This document shows, piece by piece, positions 20,071 to 30,898 of a stretch of 64,000 nt of DNA. This DNA is from an uncultured Solirubrobacteraceae bacterium (lineage in GTDB: Bacteria; Actinomycetota; Thermoleophilia; Solirubrobacterales; Solirubrobacteraceae), in contig CAVRTQ010000001.1 of the NCBI GenBank assembly GCA_963724195.1, positions 3,078 through 67,077 on the forward strand. Reading direction: 5' to 3'. Both the position numbers and the translations under genes were made by a program. The notes under the pieces were generated by a model. That model was not told the DNA's origin, did not search any database, and saw only the letters and a program-made list of their open reading frames with translations. Every line of letters starts with the position of its first letter. Position 1 is the stretch's first letter.

Positions 20071-21048
20071 TCAGCGCACGGTGTAGACCCCGGTCGGCTC
20101 GGCGTGGTAGCCCTTGGCGCCGATCGCGTGCGTCAGCGCCGATCGCCAGTCCTCGCCCGCCGCGAGCCGCTCGAGCGCGTACGCGAAGTCGTAGCGCGGC
20201 TCCCAGCCCAGGTCGCGGCGCGCCGCGGCGTTCACGTACACGCGCTCGATCGCGGCGAACATGCGCCAGCCGAGGCGGTCGTAGAGCTCGGCGAACGCCG
20301 GCACGTGGCGGGCGACCACGGCGGGCGCGTCGGTGCGCAGCTCCGCCAGGTCCTCACGCGTGAAGGGCGTCGTGGCGCTGATGATGTAGCGGCCGAAGCC
20401 GATCGCCTCGGCGCGCTCGATCGCCAGCCGGTGCGCGCTCACGACGTCCTCGATGTCCACGCGCCGGTACAGCAGCTCGTTGACCTTCAAGTTGGCGTCT
20501 CCGAACGCGGTGCGCACGTCGTCGCGGTCGTCGGCCTCGGGGAAGAAGCGGGAGGTGCGCAGGATCACGACCGGCAGGCCGTGGTCGCGGTGGACGAGCT
20601 CGCACAGGTCCTCGGCCGCGGTCTTGGTCGCGCCGTAGATGTTCTTCGGGACGGGCCTGACGTCCTCGGTGATCCAGGCCGCGGGCGCGCCGGGCGGCGG
20701 GACGAGCGCGCGCCCGAACGCGCTGGTGGTGCTGGTGAAGACGAAGCGGCCGACACCGGCCGCGACGGACTCCTCCAGCAGGTTCAGCGTGCCGGTGAGG
20801 TTGGTGTCGACGAAGTCCTGCCGCGTGTGGGAGCCGACGTGGGGCTTGTGCAGCGTCGCCGCGTGCAGGACGGCGTCGACGCCCTGCAGCGCGTCGCGGA
20901 CGAGCGCGCGGTCCGCGACCGAGCCGACCAGCGTCGTGTGCGCGGACGGGAGGACGTCGATCGAGACGACGTCCTCGCCGGCGTCGCGCAGCACACGACA
21001 CAGCGCCTCCCCGAGGTGACCGGATGAGCCCGTGACGAGGATGCGCAT
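20071..21048 (-). CDS. NAD-dependent epimerase/dehydratase
   Basis: VTGSSGHLG, YGATK. Confidence 0.9.
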   Translation of the reverse strand: MRILVTGSSGHLGEALCRVLRDAGEDVVSIDVLPSAHTTLVGSVADRALVRDALQGVDAVLHAATLHKPHVGSHTRQDFVDTNLTGTLNLLEESVAAGVGRFVFTSTTSAFGRALVPPPGAPAAWITEDVRPVPKNIYGATKTAAEDLCELVHRDHGLPVVILRTSRFFPEADDRDDVRTAFGDANLKVNELLYRRVDIEDVVSAHRLAIERAEAIGFGRYIISATTPFTREDLAELRTDAPAVVARHVPAFAELYDRLGWRMFAAIERVYVNAAARRDLGWEPRYDFAYALERLAAGEDWRSALTHAIGAKGYHAEPTGVYTVR

Positions 21049-21065
21049 ACGTATGAACGGTACTG

Positions 21066-21401
21066 CTAGTCCACGATCACTTCAACCCGGCCGGGCCACG
21101 GGGCGAGCAGGCCGGCGATCGGCTTCGCGTCCTCCTCGGACGGCGCCTCGTAGACCCAGAACGCGTCCTCGACGTCGGGGGCGGAGTAGTAGGAGGCGTC
21201 GCCCTTGAACGGGCAGAACGACGTCGTGTCCGTGGGCGTGAGGAGCTCCATGCGGACGTCCTCGCGCGGCAGGTAGTAGCGGGTCGGCAGCCCGGTCTCG
21301 TGCAGCTCGATCGCGCGATCGCTCTCGGCGAGCACCTGACCGTTGGCCTCGACGCGGACGTGGCTCTCACTCGGGTTCGTGCTGATGCGATGGGCGGACA
21401 T
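21066..21401 (-). CDS. DUF427 family protein
   Basis: LHETGLPTRYYLPREDV, CPFKGDASYY. Confidence 0.92.
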   Translation of the reverse strand: MSAHRISTNPSESHVRVEANGQVLAESDRAIELHETGLPTRYYLPREDVRMELLTPTDTTSFCPFKGDASYYSAPDVEDAFWVYEAPSEEDAKPIAGLLAPWPGRVEVIVD

Positions 21402-21405
21402 ACCC

Positions 21406-21804
21406 CTATGGTGACGTGACCGCCCACGAGTGATGCTCGTGCGCGATGCGCCAGCGGCCGCCCTCCCGGCGCAGACCGAGCGTCAGCCGCAGCCGCTTCT
21501 CCGGCTCGGCCTCGTACCACTCGGGCGGACCACAGCGCAGCAGCGCGAACGCGTAGGCCACGTCGCCGTCCGCGGTCACGTCGAGCTCGGTGAGCTCGAA
21601 CAGCGCGCCGCCGGCCTGCCACTGCATGAACTCCGGCCACGCGGCCTCGTACTCCGCGATCCCGCGGTTGCCCGCGTGCGGCGGCGGCACGTCGAACATG
21701 ACGATGTCGTCGGTGTGGTCCGCGAGCGTGCCCTGCAGGTCGGCGCGGTCGATCGCGTCCACCCAGCGCCGGATCAGCGCCTCGATCTCCTCATGTGCGT
21801 CCAT
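21406..21804 (-). CDS. SnoaL/YybH-like NTF2 family protein
   Basis: IVMFDVPPP, RLTLGLRREGGRWRIAHEHHS. Confidence 0.88.
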   Translation of the reverse strand: MDAHEEIEALIRRWVDAIDRADLQGTLADHTDDIVMFDVPPPHAGNRGIAEYEAAWPEFMQWQAGGALFELTELDVTADGDVAYAFALLRCGPPEWYEAEPEKRLRLTLGLRREGGRWRIAHEHHSWAVTSP

Positions 21805-21837
21805 GCCCGTTGAGACGGGAGCGGGCGCGAGGAGTCA

Positions 21838-22320
21838 TCACTCCGCGAGGCGGGTGACCGTCGCGCCGGCGGCCGTGACGAGCGCGGCCGGGGCGATCGG
21901 GAAGACCGCGTGCGGGTTGCCGGCCGCGGCCCAGACCGTCTCGTAGCGCAGCAGGTCTTCGTCGAGCACGGTGCGCACGGGCGCGGGATGGCCGACGGGC
22001 GGGATGCCGCCGATCGAGTAGCCGGTGACCTCGCGCACGTAGGCCGCGTCGGGGCGCTCGATCGGCTCTCCGACGGCGGCGGAGACGAGCGCCAGGTCGG
22101 CGCGGTTGGAGCCGGAGACGAGCGCGAGGATGGGCTCGCCGGACGTCACGCCGCGCATCACGAGCGACTTGACGATGGCGCCCACTTCGCAGCCGACGGC
22201 CGCGGCGGCCTCCGGCGCGGTGCGGGTCGAGTCCGCCATCGGGTGGATGTCGGCGGGCAGCCCCAGAGCGACCAGGGCGTCGTGGACACGGCGGGTGCTG
22301 CGGGGGAGATCGGCACTCAC
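21838..22320 (-). CDS. YbaK/EbsC aminoacyl-tRNA editing family protein
   Basis: TRTAPEAAAAVGC, IVKSLV, TGYSIGGIPPVG, WAAAG. Confidence 0.92.
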   Translation of the reverse strand: MSADLPRSTRRVHDALVALGLPADIHPMADSTRTAPEAAAAVGCEVGAIVKSLVMRGVTSGEPILALVSGSNRADLALVSAAVGEPIERPDAAYVREVTGYSIGGIPPVGHPAPVRTVLDEDLLRYETVWAAAGNPHAVFPIAPAALVTAAGATVTRLAE

Positions 22321-22357
22321 GGCGAGCAATGTAACCGCGTCCGATCGGCGCCGCCCG

Positions 22358-23870
22358 CTACACGCACGAGCAGCGATCACCGCCACGATCACGATCGCGA
22401 CGACCAGCGCGGCGGCGATCACGATCGGCGGCACCGCGTGGCGTCGACTCCTGCGCGGGCCGGCGCCGCGTCTCGGGGCGGGGGCGGCGGCGTGCGGGGC
22501 ACCTGCGTCGGCACGTCCTGCGGCGGACGCCCGCGATAGTGGCTGCGCCCGGGCAGGAACGCGTCGGGAGCGATCGCGGCGTGGTCGACCCGCGCCGCGT
22601 CGCGCGTGGGCTCGGGCGACGAGTCGCGTCGGAGGCGGCGCGGCGGCGGGCGCGGCGACGCGGCCGGCGGGCGGCGCGACGGCCGGCGGCGGGCGCGGCA
22701 CGCGGTCGGCTCGGCGCGCGACCCGTCGGCGGGCGGGCGACGGCGCGCGCGGCGACGTAGCGTCTCGAACACGTCGGCCGTCGGGCTCGGCGGGCGGGCG
22801 CGAGTGGCGCGGCGCGGCGAGCGGCGGGTCGCGGCGGCAGCGCGTCGGACGTGGCAGGCGCGGCGGCGCGGCGATGGCGCCGCGGCGGTGAGGCCGGCGC
22901 GGCGCGCGCGGCTCCGCGTCGCGCCGGTCGGCGGGCGCGACGGCGCGGGCGCGACGTAGGTCTCGAACACCATCGACGGCATCGGCGCGGGAGCGCGGCG
23001 CGGGTGGAGGTGGCGCGGACTGGTTCAGGCGTCCGTCGCGGAGCCAGCGCGGGCCGAGCAGCGAGATCGCGATGTCCTCGAGCGACTCCAGCGCCGGCCC
23101 GGCGGTCTGGGTGCGGCGGCCGGGTTCGCGGGCGGTGAGGGCGGCGATCCAGTTCGACACGGCCGGGTCGATGTTCGGGTTCACGCCGTTCGCGGGCGGG
23201 ATCGGCTCGTTGACGTGGCGCAGGAGGATCGCCATCGGGCCTTCGGAGTCGGCGAACGGGACGGCGCCGGCGAACAGCTCGTACGCCATGCAGCCGACCG
23301 CGTAGAGATCGGTCCACGGGCCGATCGGCTGCGCCATCGCCTGCTCGGGCGCCATGTAGCCGGGCGTGCCGACCGTCATCCCCACGCCGGTGAACGCCGT
23401 CGAGGCGGAGCGGGTGGCCTTGGCCACGCCGAAGTCCGTGATCTTCACGTCGCCGCCCGCGCTGACGAGGACGTTCTCGGGCTTGAGGTCGCGATGCACC
23501 ACGCCGTGCTCTTCGGCGTGGATGAGCCCGGCGAGGATGCCGTGCAGCACGAACAGCCGCTGGGCGTCGGTGAGCACCGGCGAGGTATGGACGCAACGAC
23601 CCGGCCTCGACGTACTCCATCGCGATGTACGGCGTGCCGTCGACCTCGAGGAAGTCGTAGACCGTGACGATGTTCGGGTGCGACAGGGATCCGGCGAGCC
23701 GGGACTCGCGCACGAAGCGCCGCAGGATCGCGTCCTGGTCGGTGTGGAAGGCGTGCATCTCCTTCAGCGCGACGAGCCGGTCGAGCTCGGGCTGGCGCGC
23801 GAGGTGGACCGTCGCCATCCCGCCGCGGCCGAGCTCGCGCAGCGACCTCGTAGCGGCCGACCGTCCTCAC
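22358..23870 (-). CDS. Hanks-type Ser/Thr protein kinase with Pro-rich linker and C-terminal TM helix (several frameshifts)
   Basis: GRGGMATV, VALKE, HRDLKPEN, DFG, GTPGYMAPE, DLYAVG; IVIAAALVVAIVIVAVIAA. Confidence 0.9.
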
Positions 23871-24319
23871 GTGAGGTGCTTCTCGAAGAAGCGGTCCGCG
23901 TACTCCTCGACCTTCCAGGGCTCCACCTCGACGAAGCCCTCGGCCACGTACAGCGCCTGCGCCTCCACGAGGTCCTCGCGCGTGTCGAGCCGCAGCCGCG
24001 TGAAGCCCTGTCCGCGGGCGGCACCCTCGAGCGCGCGCAGCAGCAGGCGCGCGCCGCCGCGCCGGCGGTACGGCTGCGCGATGTACATGCGGGTCACCGC
24101 CCCGTCCTTGCGCAGTCCGGCGCACCCCACCGGCTCACCGTCCCAGCGCGCGACGAGGAACGCGGCAAGCCCTGCCAACCGGTACTCCTCCATCGCGTCC
24201 TCGACCTCCTGCGGGTCGATCGCACGCCGGAAATAGCGCGCGATGATGTCAGCGAAGAAGTCCCGGAGCAGCGCTTCGGAAACCGGGCTTTCCAGTGGTT
24301 CTGGGGTGACGGTCCACAC
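23867..24319 (-). CDS. GNAT family acetyltransferase
   Basis: RMYIAQPYRRRGGARLL, RLDTREDLVEAQALY. Confidence 0.9.
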   Translation of the reverse strand: MWTVTPEPLESPVSEALLRDFFADIIARYFRRAIDPQEVEDAMEEYRLAGLAAFLVARWDGEPVGCAGLRKDGAVTRMYIAQPYRRRGGARLLLRALEGAARGQGFTRLRLDTREDLVEAQALYVAEGFVEVEPWKVEEYADRFFEKHLT

Positions 24320-24372
24320 GGGCGGTTACCCGCACTTTACGTCCCCACGGATACCGGGTACGTTCGGTCATT

Positions 24373-24795
24373 GTGCGACGACCCGTAACCGCTTTGATCG
24401 CGCTCGGCGCGACCCTCGGAGTCGGCGCCACCGCGCTCGCCCAGTCCGGCGAGGACCGCCTCTCCGTCGACATGCAGGACGGCTGCCTCAACCGCTCGCG
24501 GGTGGTGTTGCGCGTCACGCCGCCGTCCGGGGACCCGATCAGCACGCTGACCGTCTACGCGAACGGCCGCAAGCACCTGGAGCTGAGCGGCCTCACCGGC
24601 GAAGCGCGGATGACCGTGCGCCTCACCTCGCAGCAGGGCCGCGTGACGGTCTACGGCGAGACGGTCGCGGGCGACGTCGTGGAGCGCTCGCGCGACTATC
24701 GCCCCTGCGCGCCGACCCCGCCTCGCCCCGCCCCGCCCCGCACCACCCGCCCGGACGAGCCCGAGCAGACGCTGAGCGGCGGCGGCGAGGGCTAA
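24373..24795 (+). CDS. Secreted hypothetical protein
   Basis: Signal peptide ending ALA-Q, two Cys, Pro-rich tail. Confidence 0.65.
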   Translation: MRRPVTALIALGATLGVGATALAQSGEDRLSVDMQDGCLNRSRVVLRVTPPSGDPISTLTVYANGRKHLELSGLTGEARMTVRLTSQQGRVTVYGETVAGDVVERSRDYRPCAPTPPRPAPPRTTRPDEPEQTLSGGGEG

Positions 24796-24799
24796 GCTC

Positions 24800-25954
24800 T
24801 CAGCCTCCTCCCGCGTAGGGCGGCGGGACGTGGAACTCCTCCGGGAGCGGCACGGTCGGCGTGCGCGCGACGGTGAGCGCGGCGATCAGGAAGCGTGAGG
24901 CGACCGGGAACGGGCGCCCGGGCGGCGGCGGTGCGAGGTGCTCGCGGTACAGATCGAGCAGCACCTCGGTGGCGCCGCACACGTCGGCGTGCGGGGCGTC
25001 GTCGCCGACCGCGCACGACAGGCGCGCGAGCGCGATCGACTCGTCGGGATCGGTCTGCGCGAACGCGCGCCCCATGCCGGTGATCAGGTGCGTGACGACG
25101 CGGTCCAGCAGCGGATGCAGCGCCGGCTCCACCGCACCCGGCGCGTCGCCCACCCACTGCGGGTCCTCACCGGCGACGAGCCGCGCGATCTGCCCGCCCA
25201 TGATCGAGCGCAGCGCCTCGTCGGAGACGCCGGCCTGCAACGCGCAGCGCGCGTGCGTGAACGCGGCGTTGATCGGCACCCCGTAGGGCGAGTCGCTCGC
25301 CCACACGATCTGCGACGGCGCCACCAGCGAGAACAGCGCGATCAGGTCGGCCGGGTTCCACCAGGCCGTGTCGATGAAGACGTTCGGGTGATCGCCGAGG
25401 ACGTGCCAGAGCCACGCGAGATCGGAGATCGCGGCGTGCGCGAGGATGAACCGCGCGTCCGGGAACTCGGCCGACAGCCGCACCGTGTTCTCGCCCAGGG
25501 CGGGAATCCCGCGGCCCGCGTGGATGAGCACGGGCACCTTGCGCTCGTGGGCGACGGCGATGATCTCGCGCACGCCGGGCTCGTCCATCCCGAACTGCTC
25601 GGCGCGCGGGTGCAGCTTGATGCCCACCGCGCCCGCGTCGAGGCAGCGGCGGGCCTCCCCCGCGGGGTTCACGCGCGGGTCGAGCCGGCAGAACGCGACG
25701 AGCCGATCCGACGCGGCGGCCGCGGCCAGCGCGATGTCGTTCGGCAACGGGTAGCCGCCCGGCTCGTGCATCGGGAACACGACGGCGCGCGCGTCGGCGC
25801 GCTCCATCACCCCGACGAGCTCCTCCGGCGTCTGCTTGAAGCCGTCAGGGTCGTTCTGGCCGATGTGGGTGTGCGCGTCGTAGAGCTCCAGCGGCCCGTG
25901 GGCGGCCTGGATGCTGTCCCACCAGGGGCGCAGGATCGCGTCGATGTCCAGCAT
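24800..25954 (-). CDS. Amidohydrolase_2 family protein
   Basis: DAHTH, GIKLHP, LIHAG, LAHA, WASDSP. Confidence 0.9.
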   Translation of the reverse strand: MLDIDAILRPWWDSIQAAHGPLELYDAHTHIGQNDPDGFKQTPEELVGVMERADARAVVFPMHEPGGYPLPNDIALAAAAASDRLVAFCRLDPRVNPAGEARRCLDAGAVGIKLHPRAEQFGMDEPGVREIIAVAHERKVPVLIHAGRGIPALGENTVRLSAEFPDARFILAHAAISDLAWLWHVLGDHPNVFIDTAWWNPADLIALFSLVAPSQIVWASDSPYGVPINAAFTHARCALQAGVSDEALRSIMGGQIARLVAGEDPQWVGDAPGAVEPALHPLLDRVVTHLITGMGRAFAQTDPDESIALARLSCAVGDDAPHADVCGATEVLLDLYREHLAPPPPGRPFPVASRFLIAALTVARTPTVPLPEEFHVPPPYAGGG

Positions 25955-26005
25955 GGGTTGGCAACCCTACAGACGGACCGTGATCCGCCGTCCATACTGG
26001 GCGGC

Positions 26006-26269
26006 ATGCAGCTCCGCCACGAGCGCGTCCGCATCGAGACGGCGCGGCACGAGATCGAAGCCACCCTGCAGCTGCCGCAGGAAGGCTTCCGCTCTCGCTT
26101 GACCGACTTTCTCAACGCCCACGGCGACGACTTCCTCGCGCTCACCGACGCCGAGGTGACGTGGCTCGACGGCGCGCGCGAGCCCGAGCAGCACGCGTAC
26201 CTGGCTCTCGCGAGCCGCCACGTCGTGCTCGTGGTCGAGCTCAGTCCAGCGCCGACGCCATCCGCCTGA
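26006..26269 (+). CDS. Small hypothetical protein (possibly DUF6812-like)
   Basis: MQLRHERVRIET...RSRLTDFLN...FLALTDA. Confidence 0.65.
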   Translation: MQLRHERVRIETARHEIEATLQLPQEGFRSRLTDFLNAHGDDFLALTDAEVTWLDGAREPEQHAYLALASRHVVLVVELSPAPTPSA

Positions 26270-27307
26270 CGGCCTCGCGCACGAGCTCGGGCCGCGTCCC
26301 GACGTTGAGGCGCGCGTAGCGGCCGTACGCGGCGCCGAACTCGGTGCCCGTGGTTGAGCGCCACGCGCCCGCGCTCGAGGAACCGCGCCGCCGGATCGTC
26401 GAAGTCGCACTCGAGCCACGCGAGGTAGGACGCCTCCGGCGCGTGCGCGAGCCGCACGCCCTCGGGCAGCAGCGCCGGCAGCGCCCGCTGGTTGGCCGCG
26501 ATCGTCGCGATCGTCTCGTCCAGCCACTCGTCGCCGTCGGTGAACGCCGCCTCCGCCGCGACCACGCCCGCGTAGCCCGCGTGGTAGCGCAGGTCCTCGT
26601 CCAGCGCGGACGCCGCCTCGCCGACCACGAACCCGAGCTTGAGCCCCGGCAGGTTGAACGCCTTCGAGGCCGAGGTGAGCACCGTGCCGCCTTCCAGCAC
26701 GTGCTGCCACGGCGTGAACGTCGCGCCGAACGTCAGCGGCGCGTGGATCTCGTCCACGACCACCAGCGCGCCGTGCGCCTCGGCGACGGCCGCCACCGCC
26801 GCGAGCTCGTCCCGCGTGTAGACGCGCCCGCTCGGGTTGTGCGGCGAGCACAGCAGCAGCGCCTTCGCCCCGGCCCCGAACGCGCGGTCCAGCCCGTCCA
26901 CGTCGACGCCGAAGTCCTCCAGCAGCGGCACCTCGACGACGCGCCGTCCCACGTGCGCGATGTCCTTGAAGTACGGCGGATAGGCCGGCGGGATTGATGA
27001 TCACGCCGTCGCCGGGCTGCGTGTGGACGAGCAGCAGCTCCTTGAAGCCGACCATCACGTCGGCCACGAGCGCGATGTACTGGCCTTCCAGGTCCCAGCC
27101 GAGGCGGCGGTCGTAGAAGTAGTACATGGCCTCGATCAGGCCGTCGACGTTGCCGATGTAGCCGAGGTCACCGAGCTCGACGGCCCGCACGAGCGCGTCA
27201 CGGACCGGCGGCGCCAGCGCGAAGTCCATCTCCGCGATCCACGCCGGCAGCACGTCCGGCGGGTACTTCGTCCACTTCTCGCTGCCGCGGGCTAGGAGAT
27301 CGTCCAT
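26241..27307 (-). CDS. MalY/PatB PLP-dependent C-S lyase/aminotransferase (frameshifts)
   Basis: SEKW, PAWIAEMDF, LCSPHNPSG, DEIH, SASKAFNLPGLK. Confidence 0.9.
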
Positions 27308-28275
27308 GTGTCACCGGAGCGCATGAGGGCGTCCAGTGCAGCATCGTCGGAGGAGGACGCCCGCGCGGCGGCCAACTCCTCGGTCAGCCCTTGGCCCCAC
27401 ACGTGCCGCTTGACGTCCCGGAAGATCCCGATCGGCGTCGGCCCGTCCGGCGACGAGGACAGCCGCGACAACGCGAACGCGAACGACGGGTCGTCGCGGT
27501 GCGCGTCGTGCACCACCGGATCGCCCGCCCTCGCCGATCCGCAGCGACCCGTCGCCGTCGCGGACCACGCCGCGGATCGGCTCCCCGTGCTCGAGGTAGA
27601 TCCGGTTCTCCGCGCCGCGCTTCTTGTCGCGCAGCGCGTCGAACGCGCCGTCGTTGAACACCGGGCAGTTCTGGTAGATCTCGACCAGCGCCGCGCCCTC
27701 GTGCTCGGCCGCCGCGCGCAGCACCATCGGCAGGTGCTGCTTGTCGGTGTCGATCGTGCGCGCCACGAACGATCGCCTCGGCGCCGAGCGCCAGCGACAC
27801 CGGGTTGAACGGGCCGTCGATGGACCCGAACGGCGTCGACTTGGTCACCTTGCCGAGCTCGGACGTCGGCGACGCCTGGCCCTTCGTCAACCCGTAGATC
27901 TGGTTGTTGAACAGCAGGATCTTCACCGGCACGTTGCGCCGCAGCGCGTGGATGAGGTGGTTGCCGCCGATGCTCAACGCGTCGCCGTCGCCGGTCACGA
28001 CCCAGATCGAGAGGTCGTCGCGCGCGCTCGCCAAGCCCGGTCGCGAGCGCCGGCCCACGCCCGTGGATGCCGTGCATCCCGTACGTGTTCATGTAGTACG
28101 CGAAGCGCCCGGCGCACCCGATCCCGGACACGAACACGACCCGCTCGGGCGGGATGCCCAGCTCGGGGAAGAACGACTGCACGGCGGCGAGCACGGCGTA
28201 ATCGCCGCAGCCCGGGCACCAGCGCGTCTCCTGGTCGGACTGGAAGTCCGCCTTCGTCAGCTCAGTTGCCGCCAT
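27292..28275 (-). CDS. korB: 2-oxoacid:ferredoxin oxidoreductase beta subunit (frameshifts)
   Basis: [35 protein letters not shown]. Confidence 0.92.
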   Translation of the reverse strand: MAATELTKADFQSDQETRWCPGCGDYAVLAAVQSFFPELGIPPERVVFVSGIGCAGRFAYYMNTYGMHGIHGRGPALATGLGERARRPLDLGRDRRRRRVEHRRQPPHPRAAAQRAGEDPAVQQPDLRVDEGPGVADVRARQGDQVDAVRVHRRPVQPGVAGARRRGDRSWRARSTPTSSTCRWCCARRPSTRARRWSRSTRTARCSTTARSTRCATRSAARRTGSTSSTGSRSAAWSATATGRCGSARAGDPVVHDAHRDDPSFAFALSRLSSSPDGPTPIGIFRDVKRHVWGQGLTEELAAARASSSDDAALDALMRSGDTWTIS

Positions 28276-30089
28276 ATCTCCTGCTCCATCTCCGACGGCA
28301 GCAGCGGCTGCCCCTGGACTTTGCCGTAGCTGATGACATCGACGAGGTAGCGCGCCCGCAGCTCGTGCGCGAGCTGGCCGCTGTTCATCTCCGGCACGAG
28401 CACGCGCTCGAACTTGCGCAGCAGCGCGCCGGTGTTCGCGGGCATCGGCCGCAGGTGGCGCAGATGCGCCGTGGCCACGCGGCCGCCGCCCTCCCGCACG
28501 CGCCGGGCGCCCGCGCGGATCGTCCCGTACGAGGAGCCCCAGCCGAGCACGAGCAGGTCGGAGTCGGCCTCGCCGTGGATCTCGAGGTCGGGCACCGGGA
28601 TGCCGTCCACCTTCTCCGCCCGCAGCTGCGTCATCCGCGCGTGGTTCTTCCCGTCGTAGGAGATGTCGCCCGTGCGGTCGGCCTTCTCCAGCCCGCCGAT
28701 CCGGTGCTGCAGCCCGGGCGTGCCGGGCACGGCCCACGGCCGCGCGAGGTTGTCGTCGCGCGAGTAGGGCAGGAACGGCCCGGTGGTCGTGGTGCGGAAG
28801 TGCGGGTCGATCGGCGGCAGCGAAGCCGCGTCGGGAATCCGCCAGGGCTCGCTGGAGTTCGCCACGAACAGGTCGCTGAGCAGGATCACCGGCGTGCGGT
28901 AGGTGATCGCGATCCGCGCCGCCTCGTACACGGCTTCGAAGCTCTGCCCCGGCGAGGAGGCCGCCACCACCGGCAGCGGCGACTCGCCGTGGCGCCCGTA
29001 CAGCGCCTGCAGCAGGTCGGACTGCTCGGTCTTGGTCGGCATGCCGGTGGAGGGCCCCGCGCGCTGGACGTCGATGATGATCATCGGCAGCTCGAGCACC
29101 ACGGCCAGGCCGATCGTCTCCGTCTTGAGGTCCAGTCCCGGGCCGGACGTGCACGTCACGCCCAGCGCGCCCCCGAACGCCGCGCCCAGCGCCATCGACG
29201 CCGCCGCGATCTCGTCCTCGGCCTGCATCGTGCGCACGCCCATGTCGTGCCGGCGCGCGAGCACGTGCAGCAGGTCGGACGCGGGCGTGATCGGGTACGC
29301 GCCGTACACGAGCGGCAGCCCGCTCTTGACCGACGCGGCGATCAGCCCGAGCGCCGTCGCCTCGGTGCCGTTGACGTTGCGGTACGTGCCCGGCGCGACG
29401 TCGACGTTGCGCTCGACCTTGACCTGCACGTCGATCAGCTCGGACGTCTCGCCGAAGCTCCACCCGGCGTGGAACGCGGCCAGGTTCGCGTCACGTACCG
29501 GCCCGTCGAACTTGCCGCGGATCCAGCGCTCGGTGACGTCCACCGGCCGGTCGTAGAGCCACGACAGCACGCCGAGCGCGAACAGGTTCTTGGCCTTCTG
29601 CGCGTCGCGGCTCGACGCGCCCTCGATCTCCTCGACCGCGCGCGTCGTCAGCGAGCTCATCGGGATCCGCTTGACGGTGAAGCCCTCCAGCGTCCCGTCC
29701 TCCAGCGGCGACTCGAAGTACCCCGCCTTCTGCACCGCGCGCACGCTGAACGCGTCCTCGTTGACGAGGATCGTCGCGCCGCGCTGCATCAGCGGCAGGT
29801 TCGCCTTCAGCGCCGCGGGGTTCATCGCCACGAGCACGTCGGGCGTGTCACCGGGCGTGAGGATGTCGCGCGAGGCGAAGTGGATCTGGAAGGCCGACAC
29901 ACCGGCGACGGTGCCGGCGGGCGCGCGAATCTCCGCCGGGAAGTCCGGCAGCGTCGCGAGATCGTTGCCGAATACGGCCGTCGCATCCGTGAACCGACTG
30001 CCGGCCAGCTGCATGCCATCGCCCGAGTCCCCGGCCATGCGTACTACGACCCGTTCGCGCGTCTCGGTCCGCGCGTGCTCTCTCTCCAC
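28257..30089 (-). CDS. korA: 2-oxoacid:ferredoxin oxidoreductase alpha subunit
   Basis: AGDSGDGMQL, YPITPAS, QAEDEIAA, QRAGPSTGMPT. Confidence 0.95.
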   Translation of the reverse strand: MEREHARTETRERVVVRMAGDSGDGMQLAGSRFTDATAVFGNDLATLPDFPAEIRAPAGTVAGVSAFQIHFASRDILTPGDTPDVLVAMNPAALKANLPLMQRGATILVNEDAFSVRAVQKAGYFESPLEDGTLEGFTVKRIPMSSLTTRAVEEIEGASSRDAQKAKNLFALGVLSWLYDRPVDVTERWIRGKFDGPVRDANLAAFHAGWSFGETSELIDVQVKVERNVDVAPGTYRNVNGTEATALGLIAASVKSGLPLVYGAYPITPASDLLHVLARRHDMGVRTMQAEDEIAAASMALGAAFGGALGVTCTSGPGLDLKTETIGLAVVLELPMIIIDVQRAGPSTGMPTKTEQSDLLQALYGRHGESPLPVVAASSPGQSFEAVYEAARIAITYRTPVILLSDLFVANSSEPWRIPDAASLPPIDPHFRTTTTGPFLPYSRDDNLARPWAVPGTPGLQHRIGGLEKADRTGDISYDGKNHARMTQLRAEKVDGIPVPDLEIHGEADSDLLVLGWGSSYGTIRAGARRVREGGGRVATAHLRHLRPMPANTGALLRKFERVLVPEMNSGQLAHELRARYLVDVISYGKVQGQPLLPSEMEQEIWRQLS

Positions 30090-30117
30090 GTTTGTAGCCT
30101 CTCGCATTATGCGGCGG

Positions 30118-30898
30118 ATGGAAAGCCTCGCGGTCACGATTCAGGGGGAAGGTCCAGCAGTCCTGCTGCTGCACGGGTTTCCCGATCGGTCCAACTTGTG
30201 GCGCCACCAGATCGAGGCGTTGAAATCTGACTTCACGGTCATCGCGCCGGACCTGCGCGGCTTCGGCGAATCCGACAAGCCGGACGACGTCGACGCCTAC
30301 CGGGTCGGCAAGAGCGTCGGAGACATCGCTCGCGATCCTCGACGAGCTGGGGATCGAGCAGGCCCACGTCGTCGGTCACGACTTCGGCGCGGCCGTGGCC
30401 TGGGCGTTCGCGCTCTCGGCGCCGGAGCGGCTGGAGCGCCTCGTCGTGCTCTCGGTCGGCCATCCGGGCGTCCCGATCGACTTCGCGCAGCGCGAGAAGT
30501 CCTGGTACATGCTGCTGTTCCAGTTCGAGGAGGCGGAGGAGCTCCTGCGCCGGGACGACTGGGCGTTCCTGCGCGAGTGGGTCGGCACCCACCCCGAGCC
30601 CGACCGTGTGATCGCCGACCTCCAGCGTCCGGGCGCGCTCACCGCCGGGCTGAACTGGTACCGCGCGAACCGGCACCCCCGCCGCGAGCTCGACCCGCCG
30701 CGGGAGTTCCCGCGGGTCACCGCGCCGACCCTCGGCGTCTGGAGCACGGGCGACGCCTACCTCACCGAGGCGCGCATGACCGGCAGCGCCGCGTTCGTCG
30801 ACGACTGGCGCTACGAGCGCCTGGAAGGCGCGGGCCACTGGATGCAGCTCGACAAGCCGGACGAGGTCAGCGCGCTGATAAGAAGCCACCTGTGCTGA
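30118..30898 (+). CDS. Alpha/beta hydrolase, epoxide hydrolase-like (frameshift near 30330)
   Basis: LHGFPD, PDLRGFGES, GHDFG, LNWYRAN, GHW. Confidence 0.9.
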
